A stretch of 64,000 nucleotides of DNA from Eledone cirrhosa. Its lineage: Eukaryota. The stretch is from contig OZ024742.1 in the NCBI GenBank assembly GCA_964016885.1, forward strand, positions 265,112,001 to 265,176,000. The letters run 5' to 3'. The notes below the pieces were generated by a model, which ran no database searches, had not been told where the DNA came from, and worked only from the letters and a program-made list of their open reading frames with translations. The position numbers were made by a program, and so were the translations under genes. Of the stretch, positions 15,361 through 27,442 are shown in pieces; positions within the stretch are counted from its first letter, which is position 1, and the number at the start of each line of letters is the position of its first letter.

Positions 15361-15494
15361 AAATTCAATACTACAACGAAGACATAAGACGGAGAAGCGC
15401 ATGGACGCGCGTTTCGTTGAATAAGTTGAGTTCGCTCAACGGACACGAGGCCTTGTGTTTTTCAGTGTTATGTCTTCGTTGTAGTTTTGAATTT
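15361..15494. repeat. Imperfect ~60-bp-arm inverted repeat (hairpin)
   Basis: AAATTCAATACTACAACGAAGACATAA.. pairs with ..TTATGTCTTCGTTGTAGTTTTGAATTT. The inner half is more diverged. Confidence 0.85.
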
Positions 15495-15724
15495 ATTAAT
15501 AATACACACACACATACACACACAGATATATATATATATATATATTATACAGAGTCGGGATCCGATGGCTGAGTTATTGCCGTTTCAACAGATAGTTCCA
15601 GATTCTTGATATATTTATATATATAAATATATGCTTTCTTTATATATATATATATATAAATGAAGTAATTCCATCGGAAAAGTCCAGGAAAAAAGAGTGC
15701 TCTATGTAAGCAACAGAGCTTAAT

Positions 15725-15994
15725 TATTATTATTATGTAATAAACAACATAAGGCAATTATTCCATTTACCAGTGGTTTCTTAAAAGCAAAAGGTTTTGC
15801 TTTCAATCCTCAGAATGAAAAATCCTGGTTTGTTTATTGAATATGGATTCTAAAAACCTAGGTTTTTAGAATCCATATTCAATAAACAAACCAGGATTTT
15901 TCATTCTGAGGATTGAAAGCAAAACCTTTTGCTTTTAAGAAACCACTGGTAAATGGAATAATTGCCTTATGTTGTTTATTACATAATAATAATA
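15725..15994. repeat. Perfect 270-bp spacer-less palindrome centred on CCT|AGG (15859/15860)
   Basis: The two 135-bp arms are exact reverse complements as checked by eye. Confidence 0.95.
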
Positions 15995-16013
15995 TATATA
16001 TATATATATATAT

Positions 16014-16047
<34 letters not shown>

Positions 16048-16343
16048 AACAACAACAGCAACAACAACAACAACAACAACAACAATGATAATACTTTCTT
16101 TATTAACCACAAGGGTTTACATAAAGTAGACATTAAGGACAGTACAGGACAATACAGGATGGTACAAATGGGCATTTCTGCATGTAAAAAAACAAAAACG
16201 GAGGATGTAACAAAAAATAACAATGAAAAATTCCCCCATAGGGGGGAGACTTCCGACGGACATTTATGGAGAAAACCCATTAAAAGGCCACAGTGACCCT
16301 GACCACCAGGGCAAGTGCCCTCTCCCAGTTTTCCACCTTTAAT

Positions 16344-19300
16344 TTACAGACACATACTCAGAGTAGGCCGATTCACTCGGGCCATACTTGCTACTCTCAC
16401 CCATCTTTCAACAAAATGCTGGGACGGGAGCACTTCCCTCTCTACCCTGATTTTCCTTTTCAAATGAAATTTGAAAAAGTCAATCAGGGCATCATCGAAG
16501 AGGTAAGTGCTCGTCTTCAGCCCTTTTAAACGTGTCCACCATACTATCTCTTTTGCCATGGCCACCAGACAGATAAAAACTGCCTGCCCTTCCCGGCTAA
16601 AGGAAGAGGGCGGAGCAATCCTCACGATGGACTCAGCTGATAGCTGGATCCGTCCTACACGTGACAGCAGGTGTTCGACAGAAACCCACAAGTCAGCAAT
16701 GCTCAGACACTGGACGAGTGCGTGTAGGACGGTTTCGTCGCCCTGCGCGCATCTCGGACATGACCGGCTGACGGCACCTCCATGCCTGTAGAGTTTATCC
16801 CGAACTGGCAAAGCTCCTCGGTAGCACTGCCAGGCCACGGATTTCTGGAAGCTGTCCGTAGGCCCCGACCCGAAAGTTCTTCCAAAGAGATTGGCTAGTT
16901 GATTTTCGTCGACGCCTATAGTTTCCCCAAGTACGTCGTCGCTCTTCCCCTCCACTAATCCTCTATAGAACGCCAAGGTGGAGTTTCCACCGATCACATT
17001 GCCCGATTGGGCGAGGGTTGTGAGCGCCTGAAGACATTCCATTCTCTAAGCGCTCCCTCTCGGTCTTCGCTTGACCCAGGACTGCAGCTCCGTCAAAGAG
17101 ACGAGCTGGGGAAAGACGCGTCTAGAAAACGGCGACCACACCTGATCACCGTCGAGGAAGAGGTGGAGATGTCGTAGCCTGAGCGCGTGTCTGCGCATCA
17201 TCAGCCCCGGCATGCCCAGCCCTCCATGTAGCGGGTGTTGACAACAGATGGACCGCCTGACCATCGGAGCCGTCCCTTCCACAAAAAGCGAAAGAGCAAA
17301 TGCTCCAGCGCAGTCAGGCGGGGACTTAGGACAAAGTACAACGGTCAGGCGGTAGTAGATGACGGACGCGATGTACGCGTTAGCCACCTCTGCTCGACCC
17401 TTCAGGGATATCTTCCTCTCCGCCCATTTCTGGGTGAGAGAAGCCACCCTACTCGTCACCTCGTCCCAGTTTTTGTCCATCTGGAGGTCTGGACCGAACC
17501 AGACCCCTAGCAATTTAACCGGTCCGTCCGTCCAGCGCCCGATGACGATGTTGGACGGCATGGACCTGCCACTCCAGGTGCCGAGCTGCAGGCCCACTGA
17601 CTTTTCCTGGTAAATCATTGCTCCTGTCACCGCTTCGTATTTTCTTAGTTTAGTGCCGATCGCCTCGATGTGTTTGGAGTTAGACAACACTACGGTGACA
17701 TCGTCCGCATATGCTGACACGGATCTTCCGCATCCTAGTTCGCGCGGGACCCCCATCAACGTCTCCAGTTTATGCAGTAATGGCTCGAGAGTCAATACGT
17801 ACAAGAGGGACGAGAGGGGACATCCTTGGCGGACCGAGCGCTTGATGTTGAACGGTTCCGAAAGGTGACTGTTCACTCTCACCACAGAGCAGATGTCGAG
17901 GTGCATGGCAGCGATCCAGCCTCTGAAGACGGGCCCAAAGCCAACCGCCCTCAGGACTGCCGCTAGGTAACGATGGTCGACCCTATCGAAAGCTTTCGAC
18001 TGATCTAAATTGATCAAAGACCCACCCGTGCCAGGTTCCCTAGCTACCCTCTCTACGATGTATCGCATGAGGTGGAGGTTGTCGTGGATGGATCTGTCGG
18101 GAATGGCGCATGTCTGCGCCTCTCCCGCCAGACCACCAACGAAAAGCGCCAACCTCTTTGCTAACACCTTGGCCAAAATCTTGAACTCTGTGTTTAGCAG
18201 AGTTATGTGCCTGAAATTATCTATGTTATCCCCCTTGTTCGGATCCTTTCTCAGCAGTGCCACCGCTCCTCGGCTCACAGAGCTGGGAATTCTCTCGTTC
18301 TGTTGCCAGTTGCAGTAGACGTCCGCCAAAAGGCCTCCGAACAAGTCTGGCATCTGTACGTAAAGTTCATAGGGCAGACCATCCAAACCAGGCGATTTAC
18401 CCCTTGTTCAGCCAGTCATTGCCTCCCGTACTTCAGCGGCTGTTGTCGGCTTTCTGTAACACTCCGCCTCAGTGGCCGAGAGACGCGGCAGTCCGTCGAG
18501 GTAGATACTAAAGTCCATCCCTCGACCCGGCCCACCGCTGCTCCCGAACAGCTGAGCGAAGTGTTGCTGAAAAGCTTCACACATTTGCCCGGGATCGAGT
18601 AGGATGCGCCCGTAGTGGTCCACCAAAGACCGGATCGTGGCTTTGTTGCCACGACGCGCCTCCGCCACTCGGGCCCATTGAACGGCTAAAGCCTTACTAA
18701 ACCTAATGGATTCTATTCTAATCGCTCTTTTCAGAGCAAACCACCACTTGTTGTTGACGATGGCCCCCGTCAACGCCCGCTTAACTAGTTCGCTAATCCG
18801 GTCTCTGTATGCCTTGCGCGCTGGTAAGGACGCGTTTAGCTTCCAGTAGCCGGGTCCTCCTCTATGAAGCCTATCTATGTCAAGCACACAGATCACGAAT
18901 TTGTGGTCCGTGTAGCTGACTATCTTCAATTGTGGACAGCCTATGCTAGACCTATCTATTTCCCTACAAAATACTCTATCTAGATATGATCTGGATGACC
19001 CTATGCGATTTGTCCAAGTCCACATTGGCACATTCGGGAAAACCAATCGATACCTGTCAGACAGTTCAAAACGCCTGAGCAGGTTAGTGAGGCTCTTGCA
19101 CCCTCGACCCCTATCCGCTAATCCCACACAGTCCCAGCCTGCATCTAAGATCCCGTTCCAGTCTACCCCACTAACACTAAATAGCGGGACGTTCCAAGAA
19201 AGGTCTACAGACGCCGGAAGAAATCAGGCCGCCCTGCGCCTGTCGGGGCATAGACGGCCACTAGCTTGAAAGCTTGCCTGTCTCCGCTGGTCACCACCAA

Positions 19301-19575
19301 CTTACCCTCTGGGTCCAGGAAGATGGCCCGTATGGCGAGATCTAAACCTCTCCGAAAAAGCACCGCAACTCCTCCCCCGATCCAGGACGGCTGGGAGATG
19401 CGTACACATCGTAGCCGCCGAAGATCGGTGCGAAGGCCCGTGCTTCGGAGATTCTGGTGTCGCTGATGGCCACTACATCTATGTTTAGTGACCTGAGGTC
19501 GTTGAGCAGGTGGCCCTGCTTCCATGACGACCCCAAGCCACGCGCATTTATGCTGCCTATTCTGAGTGAGGTCAT
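16344..19575 (-). pseudogene. Tx1 ORF2 (apurinic-like endonuclease plus reverse transcriptase) with stops, frameshifts and an internal deletion
   Basis: ORF pieces 19342-19614, 19205-19648, 18408-19127, 17046-18386 and 16344-17042 are collinear. About 50 codons present in the copy at 1-150 are missing near 18685. Confidence 0.92.
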
Positions 19576-19610
19576 GTTTAAAATGGAGTGGAAAAGATGG
19601 GAAAGACCAC

Positions 19611-21573
19611 TCACCGTACTTTTCGTAGAGGAAGGATGGTTTCTCCATCCCTTTTCACTTGATCGTCTGGTGAAGGGACCGTTGAATCGTCCCTTCGGCT
19701 GGTCGTCGGCTCTTCTATGAGTATGTCCGAATATACTCTTTGGTTGAGAGTCCCGCGTTGGGGAATTTCGTTTTAATGTTTGTGTATTGTTTCTGTGCTA
19801 TTTTTAGCAGTCTTATGTTCGTTGGTGTTTTGATTGGTGCTGGTATTATGTAGTCGTGCTGTGAAATGTCTGTGTGTTCAATTATGTAAGTCATTAGTTT
19901 CTTGTGCGTATTTATTGCCATGCATTTCTTTTTCTAGTGGTGGGGTGTGGTTCTGCTATTTTCTTGTCGTTGTTGCTGGGTGTGTGTGTTTTGTTGTTGT
20001 GTTTGCGATGTTGGTGCTTGTGGTGGTGGTGTTGAAGGTGTTGTTGTTGTTGGCGGTGGGGTTGTCGCCGGTGGCGATGGTGGTGCTAGTGTGGTTGGTG
20101 ATTGTGTTGGTGGTGTTGCTGCTGTGAGTCTCTTTGCAGTAGCCTTTACCCTTTTTTCATTTCTTTCCTCCCTTTTCGAAGCCGACGATGCGCTGCTTCT
20201 GCGTTTGTGCCTTCTTGCAACCTTTTGCCATCCCTCTCCCACCTCACACTCCATGTCTGATTCTGTGAGGTCAGGGAAGGGTACCAGCTCCACTCTTTCA
20301 CTTGTTGTTGTTGGTGATGTTTGCACTGGAGTCTCTGTTGCAGCTGCAGTTGGTATTACTGTTATTGTTGTTAATACTTCCACTGCTGTTGCTGTTCTTG
20401 ATTTCCGTGGCGTGGGAATTGGTGCCACGGACCTATCGTTCCTGGTTGCCGCTTGTCCTGTTGCTGGTAGCAGTGGAGCCGGTTTCGGAAGGAGGGGGGT
20501 TTTCTCCTTTCTCAGGGTCTTCTCGTTGCAGAAGGCCCTTAGGTGAGTCTTCGATCCACAGCGAAAGCATTTCGGGCGTTTGCCCTCAACACTTATGGGC
20601 AGTTGAGTGCAGTTATCGAAGTCTATCACATCCGGGATAGCTTCGATGCACTCCTGGTTGGTTTGGATTAACATCTCAATGGAGGTGCCGACCCAATCTT
20701 CTCTTACTCTTTTCTGTATTTGCAGTACAGTTTTTTTCTCCTCGATTCCGACGAGGACAGACGCGGCCAGCCAAGAAGGGGCCATCCCGGGGGGGGGGGG
20801 GGTTCAGTTTGACCCTCACAATTTTTTGCCCGCAGTAGGAGCGCACCAACACCATCCTCGCTCCTTAGGGTCACTAAGGATTGAGCCTTTGCCTCCTGGG
20901 GTGTGGCAAAAAGCACGTCTACGGTGGCATATTTCTTGCCTCGGGTATTATTTTTTTTTCCGCTGCCACACAGACTCTAAGGCTTTTTGTATTTGAGCCT
21001 CTGTGGCTCTTTCAACCCTACGTGATTTTGTGCTTACTGTACGGTACGTGACCGTACAGTGCTGTTGGTTTTTCTTTGCTGCTGTTGTTGTTGTTGTCGT
21101 CAGAGCTGCTGTTACTTTTATTGTTGCTGCCGGTACTACGACTACTGCCGCCGCCGCTGTTCCTGTGGTTGTTGTTGTTGCTGCTGCTGCTGTTGTTGTT
21201 GCTGTTGCTGCTAATGCTGTTGTTGTTTATGCTTCTGCTGATGCTGTTTCGGCTGCTACTGTTGTTTCCCTTGTCACTGTTGCTGCTGTTATTACGGCTG
21301 CTACTGCTATTATTCATGACGTCAGACGAATGAAATGGGTTTTCGTATTTACCGCACACCTTTTTCGTCGTTGTCGTGGTCGTGGAGAAATGCTCCATGC
21401 TTTGCACGTGATTTTTCTTTACTGGCGTCGCTTGCGAAAGAGAAGGGAGGGAGAGAGACACATTTAGAGAAGGGAAGGAGAGAGACAATATTCTCTCTGC
21501 TGTAGTGACGATTGAGGAAGAAGAAGACGGAATGAGTGGGAGTGACTTATGAAAATTCTTTTTCGTAGCCATG
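19611..21573 (-). pseudogene. Tx1 ORF1 (low-complexity N-terminus, CCHC zinc knuckle, Pro/Thr-rich linker), frameshifted
   Basis: Pieces 21018-21599, 19934-20785 (VEGKRPKCFRCGSKTHLRAFC) and 19715-19921. The C-terminal KFPNA..DG..P..R-stop aligns with 52306-52500. Confidence 0.8.
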
Positions 21574-21780
21574 TTTTTTTTTTGTTCAAAATTAGGCACA
21601 AAACCCTAATAAGTGGTTATTTAACCCCGAAGGGCCAAATAACGGACAGAAAGACCCCTCTCACGAGGAGGAGGGTGTTTTTGTCTACAATTTGGTTAAA
21701 GTTTTAAAAATTTACAATTGTTATAGCGGTCAAAATTTACAATACCTTACAGAGCCGAGCCTCTGTCAACCATGGCATTC

Positions 21781-23826
21781 AATAATAATAATAATAATAA
21801 TGATTTCTTTATTGGCCACAAGGGCTGACATCAAGAAAAACATTACAGACGACACAGGACGTTACAGGACGGTACGATATGGGTTTTGTGCGTGTAAATA
21901 TTTTTATTATTTATATAAGAAAAGAAAAAAAGACAGAAACATATATGTATAAACAATAAAAATGAAAATGGAAACAATGAAAAAATCCCCAATAGGGGGG
22001 AAACCTCCGAGGGTTACTCGTGGCGAAAACCACACAAAAGACCACGGCCACCCTGACCACCAGGGCAAGCGCCCTCTCTAAACTTTTCCATTTCTCAAAC
22101 TACAGACGTATATTCAGAGCGGTCCCGTTCACTCGGACCATTCTCGCTACATTCACCCACCTTTCAACAAACTTGCTAGAAGACAGCACTTGCCTCACCC
22201 CCCTAATTAACTTTTCAAGTGAAACTTGAAAAGTTAATTAGGGATTCGCCGAAGAGGAAAGTGTCTGTCTTTAACCCTTTCAACCTTGTCCACCACACAA
22301 TCTCTTTCGCCATGGCCACCAGGCAGATGAAAACCGCTTGCCCTTCCTCCTCGAAGGAAGACGGCGAGATCATCTGCACAATGGACTCAGTCGATAACCG
22401 GATCAGTCCTATACGCGACAGCAACTGTTCGACATAGCTCCACAAGTCAGCAATGCTCGGGCACTGAACGAGTGCGTGCACGACGGTTTCGTCGCTCTGC
22501 CCGCATCTCGGACAGGCTCGGCTAACGGCACTTCCGTATCTGTAGAGCTTATCTCGAACCGGCAGCGCTCCCCGGTAGCACTGCCAGTCCAGGGATTTTT
22601 GGAAGTTATTCATAGGCCCTTGGCTGAAAGTTCTCCGGAAGAGAGCAAACAGCTGATCTTCTTCGACACCCAGGATCTCTCCGAGAACGTCGTCGCTCTT
22701 CCCCTCAACTAGTCCTCTATAGAATGCCGAGGTGGATGTTCCACCGATACTGGTGCCCAGCTGGCAGAGGGTAGTGAGCGCTTGGAGACATTCCAGTTTC
22801 CAAGCGCTATCACTCGGTCTTTTTCTGACCCAGGACTGCAGCTCCGCCAAGGAGACGAGCTGTGGGAAAACGTGCCTGGCGAACGGCGACCACACCTGTT
22901 CACCGTCAAGGAAGCACCAGAGATGTCGCAGCCTCAGCGCATGTTTGCGCATCATCAGCCATGGCATGCTCAGTCGTCCACGCAACGGGTGTTGACAGCA
23001 GATGGATCGTCTGACTATGGGAGCGCGTCCCTTCCACAAAAAGCGGAAGAGGAGGCGCTCCATTTTGGTGAGAGTTGGGCCGGGGCAAGGGACTACGGTG
23101 AGGCGGTAACAGATGACGGATGCGATGTACGTATTGGCCACCTCCGCCCGGCCTTTCAGGGACAGCTTCCTCTCGGCCCATTTCTGGCTGAGGGAGGCCT
23201 CCTTGCTCGTCACCTCGTTCCAATTTTTCTCCATCTGGAGGTCCGGTCCGAACCAGACCCCGAGCAATTTAACCGTTCCGTCCGTCCAACGCCCCACGAC
23301 GCTGTCGGACGGCATGGACTTGCCTCTCCAGGTGCCGAGCTGCAAGCCCACCAACTTTCCTGATTTATCTTTGCTACTTTCACCGCTTCGTATTCCTTGA
23401 GAGCGGTGCCGAGCATCTGGACGTGTCTGGTGCTCGACACCACCACAGTGACGTCGTCGGCGTAAGCCGCCTCGGATCTCCCGCATCCTAGTTCGTGTGG
23501 GACGCCCCTCATCGCCCCAGTTTGTGCAGTAACGGCTCGAGAGTCAATACGTACAAGAGGGACGAGAGGGGACAACCCTCGCGGACCGAGCGCATGATGC
23601 TGAACGGCTGCGACAGGTGACCGTTCACCCTCACAACTGAGCAAATGTCGGTGTACATCGCAGCGATCCAACCCCTGAAAACGGGCCAGAAACCGGCTGC
23701 CTCGAGGACCGCCGCCAGGTACCGATGGTCGACCCTATCGAATGCTTTGGATTGATCCAAGTTGATCAGGGCCCCACCCGTGCCAGGTTCCTTAACCACC
23801 CTCTCTATGATATATCACATGAGGTG
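21781..23826 (-). mobile_element. Tx1-clade LINE, second subfamily, 5'-truncated
   Basis: LDQSKAFDRVDH, VREGCPLS, AYADDV, LSLKGR and CPRC motifs. AATAAAGAAATC followed by (ATT)n at 21781-21800. Confidence 0.92.
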
Positions 23827-24216
23827 ATAACCGAAGATGGAGCTACGAGTAGCAGGTTCGTAATCGATTTATTCGAGGCTGCCACGAAGCACTCAATGAG
23901 AAGAAATCAATACATTAATGCTCAGAGTAATTAACATAAGTTTGGTAATGTTACACAATGAAAAATAAGACGAGAAGCGTGCTGCCACCTTAATACTGCA
24001 ACAACGAAAATACAAAGAGGTTAAAAACGAATCTGGACGTGATCGATTGATATTAGATATTTGATATTAGATATTAAATGATAAGTTAGTAATGTATACT
24101 AAGATGGAGTGAGGATTTCCCTTCCTCAACATGCATTTCGTTCCGGTATCCACCAAGCACGGCTTATGAACCCGACTGTCAACGACTATAGCAGTAACTT
24201 TGGCAGTGGGGTCACG
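23826..24216 (-). mobile_element. Possible solo LTR-like insertion
   Basis: On the minus strand it starts near TGACCCC and ends AATAAA..35 nt..TTATCA at the Tx1 break point. No TSD or PBS confirmed. Confidence 0.25.
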
Positions 24217-24304
24217 TGTTCTTTCTCAAGAAAAGAGGAAGTTCACATCTGGGTTTGGTAGGTACATTCAAAAGTGTGAACAGAGAAATATTTTCATATA
24301 TATA

Positions 24305-25760
24305 TATATATGAAAAATATGAAAACTTGGCGTGCTGCGTGGTTGCAAATGGGTTACATATGAATAAATTTAGTCCTTCATCAGTGATCTTCCAGCCTTC
24401 AGTGGTATTTCATCGCTTTAAAGACCATATATCTCTGGTTGGTGCGAGCAACGGCTAAAAAAAGTCGTTGGGACACGTAAATAGGGGGAACGAGCGAGAG
24501 TGTAAATAAACAAAGATGGTAATGCAACGAAAAGTGAGGAATAAGGAGTCAACTCCCTGAAATCGATGAACATAAGTTCTGTGAAATCGTGGACGAGAGA
24601 GAATAGAGACCATCAAACCTGGTCGAAATGTGAGTAAGGAAAGAATTTCGCCAGGTCAAACGGGAGGAAGAAGGAGCCAAGTCCCTGAAATCGATGAACA
24701 TAAGTTTCTCTATATCTCTCACTTCCTTTTACCCCCTCTATCAGTCACTCTCTCTGTTAGCCTCTTCCTCACACTTTCACTCACTCACTCTCTGCTACTC
24801 CCTCTCCCACTTCCTCCTGTTTGACCTGTGCGAGATTCTTTCCTCACTCACACTTCGACCAGGTCGGATGGTCTTTATTCTCTCTCGTCTACGATTTCAC
24901 AGAACTTATGTTATCGATTTCAGGGACTTGACTCCTTCTTCCTCTCGTTTGACCTGTGCGAAATTCTTTCCTTACTCACATTTCCACCAGGTTTGATGGT
25001 CTTTATTCTCTCTCGTCCACGATTTCACAGAACTTCATCGATTTCAGGGACTTGACTCCTTCTTCCTCACTTTTCGTTGCATTACCATTTTTGTTTACTG
25101 TCTCGCTCGGTCCCCAATTTACGTGTCCAACGACTTTCTTTAGCCGTTGCTCGCACCAACCAGAGGTATATGGTCTTTAAAGCGATGAAATACCAATGAA
25201 GGCTGGAAGATCACTGATGAAGGACTAAATTTATTCATATGTAACCCATTTGTAACCACGCAGCACGCCATGTTTTCATATTTTTTATATATATTTTCCT
25301 CCGCTGTGACCCGTCTGTTTCTTTCTTACTGCTTCCCCTTCTCTCTGTATCTCTCACTTTCTTTTACACCCTCTATCAGTCACTCTCTCTGTTAGCCTCT
25401 TCCTCACACTTTCTCTCACTCACTCTCTGCTACTCCCTCTCCTACTTCCTCCCGTTTGACCTGTGCGAAATTCTTTCCTTACTCACATTTCGTCCAGGTT
25501 TGATGGTCTTTATTCTCTCTCGTCCACGATTTCACAGAACTTATGTTCATCGATTTCAGGGACTTGACTCCTTCTTCCTCACTTTTCGTTGCATTACCAT
25601 CTTTGTTTGTTTACTGTCTCGCTCGTTCCTCCTATTTACGTGTCCCAACGACTTTCTTTACCCGTTGCTCTCACCAACCAGAGATATATGGTCTTTAAAG
25701 CGATGAAATACCAATGAAGGCTGGAAGATCACTGATGAAGGACTAAATTTTTCATATATA
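24305..25760. repeat. Three copies of a non-coding repeat: one inverted, two tandem, with an internal ~127-bp duplication
   Basis: 24305-24705 is the reverse complement of ~24900-25290. 24705-25240 is repeated at ~25340-25760. Confidence 0.9.
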
Positions 25761-25775
25761 TATATATATATATAT

Positions 25776-25851
25776 AGGTTTACATATACATAAACTAGAC
25801 AGAGCCATATATATATCTATGGCTCTGTCTAGTTTATGTATATGTAAACCT
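25776..25851. repeat. Near-perfect 76-bp hairpin
   Basis: AGGTTTACATATACATAAACTAGACAGAGCCATA / TATGGCTCTGTCTAGTTTATGTATATGTAAACCT. Confidence 0.93.
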
Positions 25852-26049
25852 CTATATGTTATATACTCCCATAAGGTTGAGTAAAGATTTAGGCAGTATT
25901 CGGCTGCGCTTTCCAGCAACCAGCCTACTCGCCGTCAGGCACCAATCACAAGCTTTCTGACTTGAACACTGGCCATGTGACAATTCTTAGCCATTTTGAA
26001 TTCGTTTCTGGCGGGGATCATTTAAGAAAAATCTTTGTCCAATTGAGTT

Positions 26050-26134
26050 TGTTTCCTGATGATTTCGAAACTCGTTGATTTATCCATGATCGGATATTTC
26101 CAAAAAGCAAATGAAACCTCCGGGGGTAGAAACA
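26050..26134 (+). ncRNA. Type I hammerhead ribozyme motif, intact core
   Basis: tgtttc CTGATGA [50 nt, t...t] GAAA cctcc-ggggg TA gaaaca. 6-bp stem I, quasi-palindromic stem III, GUA site. Stem II is irregular. Confidence 0.75.
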
Positions 26135-26427
26135 TAATTTTGGTATGTTTATGTACATTTTTTCTTCTAACTTTGATTTTGTACCTAATTGTGTATGGTT
26201 AGCTATATGTCTAGTCAATTTCTACGGGCTATTAGAAATACTAGGTAAATATTCTGTGGCTGTTGATCGCGGATAAAATAGCTATAATTTATTTATCTAT
26301 TATTTCTTCATAGGTACATTTTAAACTTATAGCCTCGTTTAATTGATTTTTTATGTGGTTGATTATGCTGATTGGGAGGAGAAATACTGTATATATTTTG
26401 TCAAATGATTCTATGGACTTACTTTCT

Positions 26428-26459
<32 letters not shown>

Positions 26460-26833
26460 TAAAAACACACACATATAAAATGACTAATTGCCTTTGATGT
26501 GTCTAGCCATAAAGGAACTAGGGTCGGCTTAAAGGTGGTTCGAAGGCTGACCATGACATTCTCATGGAATGACCAAATGAGGTATAATTTTCAAAAAGTC
26601 CCTTGAATAAAACAAAGCAGATATTAATAAGTAAAGTTGAAATTAATGCATACAATATTTCACAGTTCTAGCATCAATCTTTTATAGCCAGCCTATGAAT
26701 GTTTCAGTTATTCAATACCCGAATAACAAAGCTTATAGTGCTTGAAGAGTCACCCTTTCCTCCGAATTACTATTACATCAGGGTTAACTCTGCAGAATGA
26801 CCATTTCTACCCAGTGGTGAACTAAATTTAAAC

Positions 26834-26870
<37 letters not shown>

Positions 26871-27001
26871 AGTTATTCCGGGTTCAATCGGGGGTAACTA
26901 CAGTAAGTAAGGTAATTAATACATAGCAGAGTATAAATGTTTTAATATAGAAAAGCTTATACGAATGAAACAGTTCTAGTCCTGTAGAATTTTCTATATT
27001 G

Positions 27002-27147
<146 letters not shown>

Positions 27148-27354
27148 TATTTATATATACATATTAAATTCAAAGTTGTGGATGCCATCTTTGAGAAATC
27201 TCAAACATATCCAATGATATAAATGTATAATAGGATACATCAATCTTTAACAAGAGACAATTTGTATAGAATGTAAGAATACATAGCTCGTTACAGTATC
27301 ATATTAAAATTTAACAAAAATTTAAAACATAGATACCTGATAAAAATCATATAT

Positions 27355-27442
27355 ATCTCCCTCATATGTATCCTTCATAAAAAGGAATACATTTCACCAA
27401 ATATCAGTCAGATAATCGATGTGGATCGTCAGTGAGGGAAAT
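27355..27442 (-). ncRNA. Type I hammerhead ribozyme motif, intact core, long stem III
   Basis: Minus strand: atttccctca CTGACGA tcca..tggt GAA atgtattcctt-tttatg-aaggatacat A tgagggagat. 10-bp stem I, ~10-bp stem III, AUA site. Confidence 0.85.

Larger units (their letters stand above)
16020..21780 (-). mobile_element. Near full-length Tx1-clade LINE (ORF1 plus ORF2 APE-RT), inactivated
   Basis: ORF1 has CFRCGSKTHLRAFC. ORF2 begins MTSLRIGSINARGL and has SYLDR/SYTDHK (APE), VRQGCPLS and AYADDV (RT). Ends AATAAAGAAAG followed by an (ATT/GTT)n tail. Confidence 0.95.

Noticed and set aside
15900-15945. CTGAGGA-TT-GAAA followed by a hairpin inside the palindrome (hammerhead-like)
   Set aside because: There is no stem II and stem I does not pair at the core, so it is probably chance.
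24130-24195. Minus-strand LVDTG, like a retroviral protease motif
   Set aside because: It is a short isolated motif with no gag/pol context.
25205-25240. CTGATGA in the triplicated repeat (also 24378 and 25732)
   Set aside because: There is no appropriately placed GAAA-stem III-UH.
24820-25570. CRISPR-like repeats
   Set aside because: The units are over 100 bp with no unique spacers, there are no cas genes, and the context is eukaryotic.
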